Below are positions 38,639 through 46,752 of a stretch of 64,000 nt of DNA, one piece after another. The position numbers and the translations under genes were made by a program. This DNA comes from Solirubrobacterales bacterium (GTDB taxonomy: Bacteria; Actinomycetota; Thermoleophilia; Solirubrobacterales; JBBDJG01): NCBI GenBank assembly GCA_038330145.1, contig JBBQNR010000005.1, positions 1,430-65,429 on the forward strand. Direction: 5' to 3'. The notes under the pieces were generated by a model. It saw only the letters and a program-made list of their open reading frames with translations. It made no database searches and was not told the DNA's origin. Numbering within the stretch: position 1 is the first letter of the stretch; each line of letters starts with the position of its first letter.

Positions 38639-39325
38639 TCAGGCTCCCTCGCCGACGATCACGCGGGCGGGACGCAATACCTGGCCGTCGAGGCGGTAGC
38701 CCTTCTCCAGCACCTCGACCACCTTGCCCGCAGCCTCTTCGCCCGCCGGCCTGGCCATCATCGCCTCGTGCTGGTGCGGGTCGAACGGCTCGCCCGACGG
38801 CTCGTAGCTCTCGACACCGTTTCGCTCCAGCACGGCGGCAAGCCCATCGCGAACGAGCCGTACTCCTTCGACGAAGGAGGAAGGAGCGCTCATCCCGTCC
38901 AAAACCCGGTCGCCCGCTTGCGAACCCTCGGGAACCCGGTCGCCCGTTTGCGAACCCTCGCGGACCCGGTCGCCCGCTTGCGGGCCCTCGGGAACCCGGT
39001 CGCCCACTTGGGGGCCACCGGCCCTGTTCTCTTCGAGCGCGGCAAGGCCGCGCTCGAGGTTGTCGAGGACGGGCAGCAGCTCACGGGCGATCCCGGCTCG
39101 GCCACGCCGCTCGGCCTCACCGGCCTCCCCCGCCACCCGCTTGCGGTAATTCTCGAAGTCGGCCTTCGTCCGCCGGGCCAGCTCCAGGTACTCGTCCCGC
39201 TCGCGTTCCAACCCCGCCGCGAGCTCATCCACGTCGGCCTGGACCTTCTCCTCCTGCTCCTCGGTGGTGGCGGTGACGGGGTCGTCAGCGCCCACGGGCG
39301 GTTTACGGTCGGCTGTGTCCGACAT
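38639..39325 (-). CDS. grpE: Nucleotide exchange factor GrpE (with an internal tandem-repeat insertion)
   Basis: ORF track, 228 aa. 'RTKADFENYRKR', 'LLPVLDNLERGL', C-terminal 'FDPHQHEAM..GYRLDGQVLRPARV'. Confidence 0.9.
   Translation of the reverse strand: MSDTADRKPPVGADDPVTATTEEQEEKVQADVDELAAGLERERDEYLELARRTKADFENYRKRVAGEAGEAERRGRAGIARELLPVLDNLERGLAALEENRAGGPQVGDRVPEGPQAGDRVREGSQTGDRVPEGSQAGDRVLDGMSAPSSFVEGVRLVRDGLAAVLERNGVESYEPSGEPFDPHQHEAMMARPAGEEAAGKVVEVLEKGYRLDGQVLRPARVIVGEGA
38904..39023. repeat. 30-bp tandem repeat x4 inside grpE (encodes 'GDRV[PRL][ED]G[PS]Q[AVT]')
   Basis: Plus-strand units: acccggtcgcccgcttgcgaaccctcggga / acccggtcgcccgtttgcgaaccctcgcgg / acccggtcgcccgcttgcgggccctcggga / acccggtcgcccacttgggggccaccggcc. 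Confidence 0.85.
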
Positions 39326-39328
39326 CGG

Positions 39329-41239
39329 TTACTTCTGCTCCTCGTCCACGATCTCGGCGTCGACGACCTCCTCGTCGCTCTCGCCGGTCGCAGTACCGGC
39401 GCTGGCGCCGTTGCCTCCGCCGCCCTGCGCCTCCGCCGCCGCCTGGTACACCTGCTCCGAGACCTTGTGGAAGGCCTGCTGGAGCGCGTCGGTGCGGCGC
39501 TTGATCTCCTCGGCGTCCTCGGTCTCGAGCGCCTCGCGCACGGCCTTGATCGCCTGCTCGATCTCGTCCTTCGAGCCTGAGTCGACCTTGTCGCCAAGCT
39601 CGCCGAGCTGCTTCTCGGCCTGGTAGGCGGCGTTGTCGCCGGTGTTGCGGGCCTCCGCCACCTCGCGCTGGCGACGGTCCTCCGAAGCGTGCGCCTCGGC
39701 GTCCTTGACCATCTGCTCGACCTCCTGATCGGAAAGACCGGAGCCGGAGCTGATCTCGATCTTCTGCTCGGTCCCTGTGCCGAGGTCCTTGGCCGCGACG
39801 TGCAGGATGCCGTCGGCGTCGATGTCGAACGTGACCTCGACCTGAGGAATTCCACGAGGTGCCGGCGGAATCCCCGTCAGCTGGAACTTGCCCAGCGACT
39901 TGTTGTACGTCGCCATCTCGCGCTCGCCCTGCAGGACGTGCACCTCGACCGAGGGCTGATTGTCCTCGGCGGTCGAGAAGATCTCCGACTTGCGGGTCGG
40001 GATCGTGGTGTTGCGCTCGATCAGCCGCGTGAACACGCCGCCCTTGGTCTCGATGCCGAGCGACAGTGGCGTGACGTCGAGCAGCAGCACGTCCTTGACG
40101 TCGCCGGCGAGCACGCCCGCCTGAATGGCGGCGCCGACCGCGACGACCTCGTCCGGATTCACTCCGCGATGCGGCTCCTTGCCGACCAGGTCCTTGACCT
40201 TCTCCTGCACGGCGGGCATGCGCGTCATGCCACCGACCATCACGACGTGGTCGATGTCGGCGCCGGTCACGCCGGCGTCCTCCATCGCCTGCCGCGTCGG
40301 GCCGACGGTGCGGTCGAGCAGGTCGGATGTCAGCTCGACCAGCTTCGCGCGCGACAGCCGCATGTCGAGGTGCTTGGGCCCCGCCTGGTCCGCCGTCACG
40401 AATGGCAGATTGATCGCCGTCTCCTGCGTGGTCGACAGCTCGACCTTGGCCTTCTCTGCCGCCTCGTAGAGTCGCTGCAGCGCCATGCGGTCCTGTGCGA
40501 GGTCAATACCCTGCGACTTCTTGAACTCGGCCACCAGCCAGTCGACGATCGCCTTGTCGAAGTTGTCGCCGCCGAGGTGGTTGTCACCCGACGTCGCCTT
40601 GACCTCGAACACGCCCTCGCCGATCTCGAGGATCGAGACGTCGAAGGTGCCGCCGCCGAGGTCCCAGACCAGGATCGTCTGGTCGCCCTCCTTGTCGAGG
40701 CCGTATGCCAGCGACGCCGCGGTCGGCTCGTTGATGATGCGCTTGACGTCGAGCCCGGCGACCTTGCCGGCGTCCTTGGTCGCTTGGCGTTGCGAGTCGT
40801 TGAAGTAGGCCGGCACGGTGATGACCGCGTCGGTGACCGTCTCGCCCAGGTAGTCCTCGGCGTCGGACCTCAGCTTCTGCAGGATCATGGCCGAGATCTC
40901 CGGCGGGGAGTACTGCTTGCCCGTGGCCTCGACGACCACGTCGGCGTTGGGCCCGGAGACGACCTTGTAGGGCACGATCGTCATCTCCTCCGAGACTTCG
41001 GAGAACTTGCGGCCCATGAAGCGTTTGATCGAGAAGATCGTGTTCTCGGGGTTCGTCACCTGCTGGCGCTTGGCCGGCACGCCCACCAAGCGCTCTCCAG
41101 CCTGGGTGAAGGCCACCACCGAGGGGGTCGTGCGGCCGCCCTCGCGGTTGGGGATGACCGTGGGCTCGCCGCCCTCGAGCACCGCCATGCACGAGTTGGT
41201 CGTCCCAAGGTCGATTCCAATCGTCTTTCCCATCCTCAC
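39329..41239 (-). CDS. dnaK: Chaperone DnaK (Hsp70)
   Basis: ORF track, 636 aa. '[10 protein letters not shown]', 'DLGGGTFD', '[11 protein letters not shown]'. Confidence 0.97.
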   Translation of the reverse strand: MRMGKTIGIDLGTTNSCMAVLEGGEPTVIPNREGGRTTPSVVAFTQAGERLVGVPAKRQQVTNPENTIFSIKRFMGRKFSEVSEEMTIVPYKVVSGPNADVVVEATGKQYSPPEISAMILQKLRSDAEDYLGETVTDAVITVPAYFNDSQRQATKDAGKVAGLDVKRIINEPTAASLAYGLDKEGDQTILVWDLGGGTFDVSILEIGEGVFEVKATSGDNHLGGDNFDKAIVDWLVAEFKKSQGIDLAQDRMALQRLYEAAEKAKVELSTTQETAINLPFVTADQAGPKHLDMRLSRAKLVELTSDLLDRTVGPTRQAMEDAGVTGADIDHVVMVGGMTRMPAVQEKVKDLVGKEPHRGVNPDEVVAVGAAIQAGVLAGDVKDVLLLDVTPLSLGIETKGGVFTRLIERNTTIPTRKSEIFSTAEDNQPSVEVHVLQGEREMATYNKSLGKFQLTGIPPAPRGIPQVEVTFDIDADGILHVAAKDLGTGTEQKIEISSGSGLSDQEVEQMVKDAEAHASEDRRQREVAEARNTGDNAAYQAEKQLGELGDKVDSGSKDEIEQAIKAVREALETEDAEEIKRRTDALQQAFHKVSEQVYQAAAEAQGGGGNGASAGTATGESDEEVVDAEIVDEEQK

Positions 41240-41338
41240 TTACCTCCTAAAAGCTGCGATTTGCAGCTATTTCAACGAATTGTCACGGAACATGCGTATC
41301 GAAACGCAAGAAATCTAAGTGAGATTATGGCAGATCTC
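41240..41338 (-). promoter_or_regulatory. dnaK operon promoter/operator/leader region (AT-richer, three inverted repeats)
   Basis: SD cctcc at 41244-48. Inverted repeats on the plus strand: agctgc-gattt-gcagct (41252-41268), a 16-bp near-palindrome tgcgtatcgaaacgca (41293-41308), and aatct-aagtg-agatt (41312-41326). Locally low GC in a high-GC genome. Confidence 0.4.
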
Positions 41339-42043
41339 TCATAGATCGCCAAGGCGCTCGCGACCATACGGGCATAGCCGCAGCAGCGGGCACTGGTCAC
41401 ACAGCGGCCGCGCCGGCTTGCAGAGCCGTCGGCCGTGCCGCAAGAGGTTGACGTGGAGCTCGTAGACGTCGGCCGGGTCGGCCAGGGCCTGGAGGGTGTC
41501 GTGCGCCTCTTCGAAGGAGGCCTTCGGCCGCACCAGGCCGAGCCGGCCCGAGACGCGGTAAACGTGCGTGTCGACCGGCATGTCGGGCCGGTCGTAGGAG
41601 AACAGCAGCACGCAGGCGGCCGTCTTGCGGCCGACGCCCGGCAGGGACTGGAGGAACCCCATCGCCCGCTCGCGGGGAGCATGCTCCAGCCAGGACACGT
41701 CGAGGCTGCCCCGCTCGCTCCTGATGATGCCGAGCACCTGCTGGATCCGCTCCGACTTCACCTTCGAGATGCCGCCGGGCCGGATCGCTTCCTCCACCTC
41801 CGTCAGGGGGGCGGAGGCGACGGCGTCCCAGCTCGGGAAGCGCTCGCGCAGCCTGGCGTAGGCGACGTCGCGGTTGCGGTCGTTGGTGTTCTGGGAAAGG
41901 ATCGTCAGCACCAGCTCATCGAGCGGGGCGCGGTGGGGAATATTGCGAGGACGGGCGTAGTAGCCGCGCAGCCGGTCTCGGATCGAGCGCAGGCGGCGGC
42001 GCTCGGGCCGCTTCCAGGCGCCGGGGCGGGGTTTCGCGGGCAC
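41339..42043 (-). CDS. Endonuclease III-family (HhH-GPD) DNA glycosylase with 4Fe-4S cluster
   Basis: ORF track 41339..42118. I prefer the GTG at 42043, which avoids overlap with the divergent gene. 'LTILSQNTND', 'LPGVGRKTAACVLLFS', 'DTHVYRV', and the Cys cluster 'CKPARPLCDQCPLLRLC'. Confidence 0.8.
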   Translation of the reverse strand: MPAKPRPGAWKRPERRRLRSIRDRLRGYYARPRNIPHRAPLDELVLTILSQNTNDRNRDVAYARLRERFPSWDAVASAPLTEVEEAIRPGGISKVKSERIQQVLGIIRSERGSLDVSWLEHAPRERAMGFLQSLPGVGRKTAACVLLFSYDRPDMPVDTHVYRVSGRLGLVRPKASFEEAHDTLQALADPADVYELHVNLLRHGRRLCKPARPLCDQCPLLRLCPYGRERLGDL

Positions 42044-42105
42044 AGCCGAAAAGCTACTTGCAGGCGCGAGCGGCGGCCAAGGGCAGGGCCGGTATCCTGG
42101 CGACA

Positions 42106-43731
42106 ATGACCGGAGCACGAAGTGCTTCGCTCGAGCGGCCGAGCTGGATTCCCGCGGTTTCCCTCAGCGCCTTGCTGGCGGTGACCCTTGCTGTTTGGGA
42201 TCCGCATGTGCGGGACCTTGCCGCGCACGTGTACCGCGAGGAGATGTTCGAGCGCAGCGGGTTCGCAGTTTGGAACGCAAGCTGGTACGGCGGGCACTAC
42301 CTGCTCACACACAGTGTGCTGTTCCCGCCTCTGGCTGCGCTTTTCGGCGCGCAGGTGGTCGGAGTTGCCTCGGTCATGGCCAGCACCTATCTGTTCGATC
42401 GCCTGGTGTACGAGCGCTGGGGCGCAAGGGCTCGTCCCGCGACACTCTGGTTCGGAGCCGGAACGGTGACGATGCTGGCCAGCGGCAGGCTCAGCTTCGC
42501 GCTCGGCGTCGCCTTCGCGCTCGCCAGCCTGCATGCGATGCAACGGGGAAGAAACTCGTGGACCCTGGGCGGCGCGGTCGCGTGCGCGCTTGCCAGCCCG
42601 GTGGCCGCGGCCTTTCTGGCCGGCGTCGTCGCCGTGGGCGCTCTCGCGTCGCGCTCAACGCGGCGACTTGCGGTGCTGGGAGTGGTGGCAGCCGCGCTTG
42701 TTCCGGTCGCCCTCATCAACATCGTCTTCGCCGACGGCGGGCAGGAGCCGTTCGTCTTCTCGGCCTGGATCGCGCTCCCACTGTGGTCGGCCGCCGCGCT
42801 CTATGTGACCAGAGGGCTGGAGGGCGAACGCGAGCTGAGGGCCGTGATCCTCGCCTACCTGGTCGTCGGTACGGCGGTGTGGCTGATCCCGAACCCGCTC
42901 GGCGGCAACGCGACTCGACTCGGCGCCCTCTTCGGCGGCCCAGTAATCGCGGCGGCGCTGCTTTCGCGCAACGTCCGCCTGATGACGCCGGCGATCGGGC
43001 TGCTGCTGGCAGGAAGCCTCTGGTGGCAGGTCGCGCCGGCGGTGCGCGACGTCGCGCAGAGCATGGGGGATGCCTCAACGCGCAGCTCGTACTACGAGCC
43101 ACTGGCCGACTGGCTGCGCGCCAATGGCGCCGAGGGCGCCCGCATCGAGGTGCCTTTCACCTCTGGTCACTGGGAGACGGCTTACCTTGCCCCAGACTTC
43201 GAGCTCGCCCGCGGCTGGTTGCGCCAGCTCGATCGCACGCGCAACGGAATCTTCTACGACGGCCGCCTGACCCACACGCGCTACCGCGAGTGGCTGCAAC
43301 AGAACGGCATTCGCTACGTCGCGCTGCCGGACGCCAAGAGCGACTATTCCGCTCGAGTCGAGCACAAGCTGGTCGAATCCGGCCCCTCGTACCTGAGGCA
43401 GGTAGCGCAGCTCGGCAACTGGAGCGTGTACCGCGTGCTCGGCACCCTGCCACTGCTGCAGCCTCGCGGTCGAGCGCAGGGGAGCCTGGCGCGTTTGGAG
43501 CCGGAGGCCTTCGTGCTCCAGGTGCGGAGACCCGGGCGCTTTCTCGTGCGGGTGCGGGCGACACCGTTCTGGAAGCTGAGCGGAGGAGCGTCCGGGTGCG
43601 TGGGCAAGAGCGGTCGCTGGACCGTCGTGCGGGCCGATCAACCCGGTCCGGTGCGGGTCTCGATCCGCTTCTCGCTCGAGCGGGCGGGCAGATCCGCCAC
43701 CGGCTGGCACGAGAACTGCGTCAGAGGCTGA
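42106..43731 (+). CDS. Large polytopic membrane protein with a C-terminal soluble domain (possibly a GT-C-type glycosyltransferase)
   Basis: ORF 42058..43731, in-frame ATG at 42106. About 10 hydrophobic segments in the first ~330 aa, then a soluble ~200 aa. The functional guess rests only on this topology and the neighbouring lipid genes. Confidence 0.55.
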   Translation: MTGARSASLERPSWIPAVSLSALLAVTLAVWDPHVRDLAAHVYREEMFERSGFAVWNASWYGGHYLLTHSVLFPPLAALFGAQVVGVASVMASTYLFDRLVYERWGARARPATLWFGAGTVTMLASGRLSFALGVAFALASLHAMQRGRNSWTLGGAVACALASPVAAAFLAGVVAVGALASRSTRRLAVLGVVAAALVPVALINIVFADGGQEPFVFSAWIALPLWSAAALYVTRGLEGERELRAVILAYLVVGTAVWLIPNPLGGNATRLGALFGGPVIAAALLSRNVRLMTPAIGLLLAGSLWWQVAPAVRDVAQSMGDASTRSSYYEPLADWLRANGAEGARIEVPFTSGHWETAYLAPDFELARGWLRQLDRTRNGIFYDGRLTHTRYREWLQQNGIRYVALPDAKSDYSARVEHKLVESGPSYLRQVAQLGNWSVYRVLGTLPLLQPRGRAQGSLARLEPEAFVLQVRRPGRFLVRVRATPFWKLSGGASGCVGKSGRWTVVRADQPGPVRVSIRFSLERAGRSATGWHENCVRG

Positions 43732-43831
43732 TCCGCGCGCCTGGCGGGCCGTGCCCCCGCCCCCTGACGAGCCGCTCCCAGGCCGGACATCGCGCTGGAG
43801 AAGCCGCGTTAACGTCGGTTAACATTTCGCC

Positions 43832-44671
43832 GTGCCTCGGCTGCTTCTGCTTCTGATGCTTCTGTTCGCCGTCTCGGGCCTCGTGTACCTCCGGTCACGT
43901 AGCACCGGCGCAACCAAGACCACCTGGCTTCCGAAGGGATGGCCGGACGCGCTCACCCAGATTGCGCTGTTCGCGTTCGCAGACCTCTGTTACGAGACGG
44001 TTCGCGGGATATCGGAAACCAACACCGCGCTCGCCTTCTCCAACGCGCGCAACATCGTCGACCTCGAGCAGAGCACCGGTCTCTTCTTTGAGCAGGGGTT
44101 CCAGGCCTGGGTCATGGGGTCACGCCTGCTGGTCGACCTGGCGAACTTCATGTACGTCAACTCGCACTTCGTCGTCACGACGGCGTTTCTGGTCTGGCTC
44201 TACCTGCGTCGCAACGATCACTTCTACTTCGTGCGCAACATGTTCATGGTGGCGATGGCGCTCGCGCTCGTCGGCTACGCCACGATGCCGACCGCGCCGC
44301 CGCGCTTCCTGCCGGAGCTCGGGTTCGTCGACACGATCGCCTACTACGCCGACGTGAAGCACGACTCGGCCTTCGTGACGCTGTTCTTCAATCCCTATGC
44401 CGCGGTGCCGAGCATGCACGTGGCCTTCTCGCTCTTGATCGCCGCGCCGGCCGTGGTGCTCGTGCGCAATCGCCTCATCAAGCTGCTGTGGGTCTTCTAC
44501 CCGCCGCTGGTGACGTGCGTCGTGATCGTGACCGGTAACCACTGGTGGTTCGACGCGGCGGTCGGATCCCTGGTGGCGTTGTCCGCAGCGCTGGTTGCGC
44601 GGCTGGTGCTGTCGCGCCTCCGCCCGGCGGCCTGGGGCTGGCGCCCGCCCTCGGTGTCGGCGACAGCCTGA
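43832..44671 (+). CDS. PAP2-superfamily membrane protein (PAP2_C / Aur1-, sphingomyelin-synthase-like)
   Basis: ORF track, 279 aa. Six hydrophobic segments. 'PSMHVAFS' and 'GNHWWFDAAVG' (the SxH and HxxxD motifs of the PAP2 core). The stop overlaps the next start by 1 nt (TGATG). Confidence 0.7.
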   Translation: MPRLLLLLMLLFAVSGLVYLRSRSTGATKTTWLPKGWPDALTQIALFAFADLCYETVRGISETNTALAFSNARNIVDLEQSTGLFFEQGFQAWVMGSRLLVDLANFMYVNSHFVVTTAFLVWLYLRRNDHFYFVRNMFMVAMALALVGYATMPTAPPRFLPELGFVDTIAYYADVKHDSAFVTLFFNPYAAVPSMHVAFSLLIAAPAVVLVRNRLIKLLWVFYPPLVTCVVIVTGNHWWFDAAVGSLVALSAALVARLVLSRLRPAAWGWRPPSVSATA

Positions 44672-45417
44672 TGGCCGACCGCAACCCCTCTGCGCGATCC
44701 GCGCAGCGCAGCCCGGCGGGGGGCGGGCCGGGCAGCGGAAATGGCGCCGGCCGTGGCAGCCGCCCCGGCCGATCGGGGGCATCGACGGCGGAGCTGCGGC
44801 TGATGATGCGCGATCGCCTGATCGAGTCTCGCCTGACACCGAACTCGATCTCGATCACGGGCCTGATGCTGAACGTCGCAGCGGCGGTCCTGGTGACCCA
44901 GCGGCTCTTTTTCCTGGCCGGACTGACCTTCCTGATCGGAAGCCTGATGGACACCCTCGACGGGCGCTACTCGCGCATGTCGGGAAAGGGCACTCCCTTC
45001 GGTGCTTTTCTGGATTCGACGCTGGACCGCATCGAGGAGGGGATCGTGCTCACGGCCGTGGCGGCCTATTTCGCCTCCAGGCACGACGAGCTGGCCGTGG
45101 CGGCTACGGTCGTCGTGGTGCTCGGATCGCTGATGGTGAGCTACACGAGGGCCCGGGCGGAGGCCATTGGCGTCGAGTGCAAGGTAGGATTCGCTACCAG
45201 GCCGGTCAGGGTCGCATTGCTGACAGCCGGCCTGGTGTTTGCAAGGGGTGCAGGGATCGGCGACTTCGAGTTGCTGGCGCCGGCGATCTACGTGATGGCG
45301 GCATTGACCGCGTTCACGGTGGTCCAGCGCGTCTGGCACGTGCGCCAGGCCCTCTCCACGCAACCGAGTCCACCTCAGCCGGTAGCTGACGAGGCCCGGC
45401 CGGGTACCTCGACGTAA
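44671..45417 (+). CDS. CDP-alcohol phosphatidyltransferase (phosphatidylinositol-phosphate synthase-like)
   Basis: In-frame ATG at 44671 in ORF 44545..45417. Signature 'DTLDGRYSRMSGKGTPFGAFLDSTLDRIEE' (DxxDGxx[AS]Rx8GxxxDxxxD). Multiple TM helices. Confidence 0.85.
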   Translation: MADRNPSARSAQRSPAGGGPGSGNGAGRGSRPGRSGASTAELRLMMRDRLIESRLTPNSISITGLMLNVAAAVLVTQRLFFLAGLTFLIGSLMDTLDGRYSRMSGKGTPFGAFLDSTLDRIEEGIVLTAVAAYFASRHDELAVAATVVVVLGSLMVSYTRARAEAIGVECKVGFATRPVRVALLTAGLVFARGAGIGDFELLAPAIYVMAALTAFTVVQRVWHVRQALSTQPSPPQPVADEARPGTST

Positions 45418-45483
45418 CTTTTTCGAATCTAGGAGGCGCAGCCGAATGAACCGTTCCCGATCAGCCCGCAGGAAAGCCACCCG

Positions 45484-46701
45484 ATGAGCAAGGACCCAGG
45501 AGGAAACGGGTCGGGAGCCGGCGTGCTCGCGCAGAAGGACGAGGTGCGGGTCGCGATCGTGGGCGTCGGCAACTGCGCCTCGTCGTTCGTGCAGGGCGTC
45601 GAGTTCTACAAGGGCGCCACCGGGGACGATTTCGTGCCCGGCCTGATGCACGTGGACCTCGGCGGCTATCACGTCAGCGACATCACCTTCTCGGCTGCTT
45701 TCGACATCGACGCCGACAAGGTCGGCAAGGACCTCTCGGAGGCGATCTGGGCGGGCCAGAACAACACGATCAAGTTCAGCGACGTGCCGAAGCACGGCAT
45801 CGAGGTGCAGCGCGGCATGACGCACGACGGGCTCGGCAAGTACCTGAAGGAGAAGATCCAGAAGGCGCCGGGAGAGACGGCGGAGATCGCAAACATCCTG
45901 CGCGAGACGAGAACCGACGTGCTGGTGTCCTATCTGCCGGTGGGCGCCGAAGAGGCGACCAAGTGGTATGTCGAGCAGGCGCTTCAGGCGGGTTGCGCGT
46001 ACGTGAACTGCATCCCTGTCTTCATCGCCCGCGAGGCCTACTGGCGCAAGCGCTTCGAGCAGGCCGGCCTTCCGATCATCGGCGACGACATCAAGTCGCA
46101 GGTGGGAGCCACGATCGTGCACCGCACGCTGGCACGGCTGTTCCGGGAGCGTGGAGTGCGCATTTCGCGCACCAGCCAGCTCAACGTCGGCGGCAACATG
46201 GACTTCTACAACATGCTCGAGCGTGAGCGGCTGGAGTCGAAGAAGATCTCGAAGACCAACGCCGTCACCTCGATGCTCGACTACAAGCTGCCTGCCGACG
46301 ATGTCTACATCGGCCCCTCCGACTACGTGCCGTGGTTGGAGGACCGCAAGTGGGCGCACATCAGGGTCGAGGGCGAGGCGTTCGGTGGAGTGCCGCTGAA
46401 CATGGAGCTCAAGCTCGAGGTCTGGGACTCGCCGAATTCGGCCGGCATCGTGATCGACGCCGTGCGGCTCTGCAAGCTGGCGCTCAACCACGGCATCAGC
46501 GGCGCCCTGGAGGGCCCCAGCTCCTACCTCATGAAGTCGCCGCCCGTGCAGCACCCCGATCCGCTCGCACACGACAAGACCGAGCAGTTCATCGCTGAGC
46601 ATGCCGGAAAGCAGGTCGTGCTGGGCAAGGGCAAGGGCAAGGGGCGCGGGTCGGGCAAGGACGGAACCGTCGCGGCCGAGTCGCAGGGCAGCAGCTCCTA
46701 G
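45484..46701 (+). CDS. ino1: myo-Inositol-1-phosphate (inositol-3-phosphate) synthase
   Basis: ORF track, 405 aa. '[22 protein letters not shown]', '[14 protein letters not shown]', '[22 protein letters not shown]', '[13 protein letters not shown]'. Confidence 0.9.
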   Translation: MSKDPGGNGSGAGVLAQKDEVRVAIVGVGNCASSFVQGVEFYKGATGDDFVPGLMHVDLGGYHVSDITFSAAFDIDADKVGKDLSEAIWAGQNNTIKFSDVPKHGIEVQRGMTHDGLGKYLKEKIQKAPGETAEIANILRETRTDVLVSYLPVGAEEATKWYVEQALQAGCAYVNCIPVFIAREAYWRKRFEQAGLPIIGDDIKSQVGATIVHRTLARLFRERGVRISRTSQLNVGGNMDFYNMLERERLESKKISKTNAVTSMLDYKLPADDVYIGPSDYVPWLEDRKWAHIRVEGEAFGGVPLNMELKLEVWDSPNSAGIVIDAVRLCKLALNHGISGALEGPSSYLMKSPPVQHPDPLAHDKTEQFIAEHAGKQVVLGKGKGKGRGSGKDGTVAAESQGSSS

Positions 46702-46752
46702 CGCAAACCTCTGAGAGCTAGGGACTGAGGCGCTCGCCTCTATCCTGCGCAC

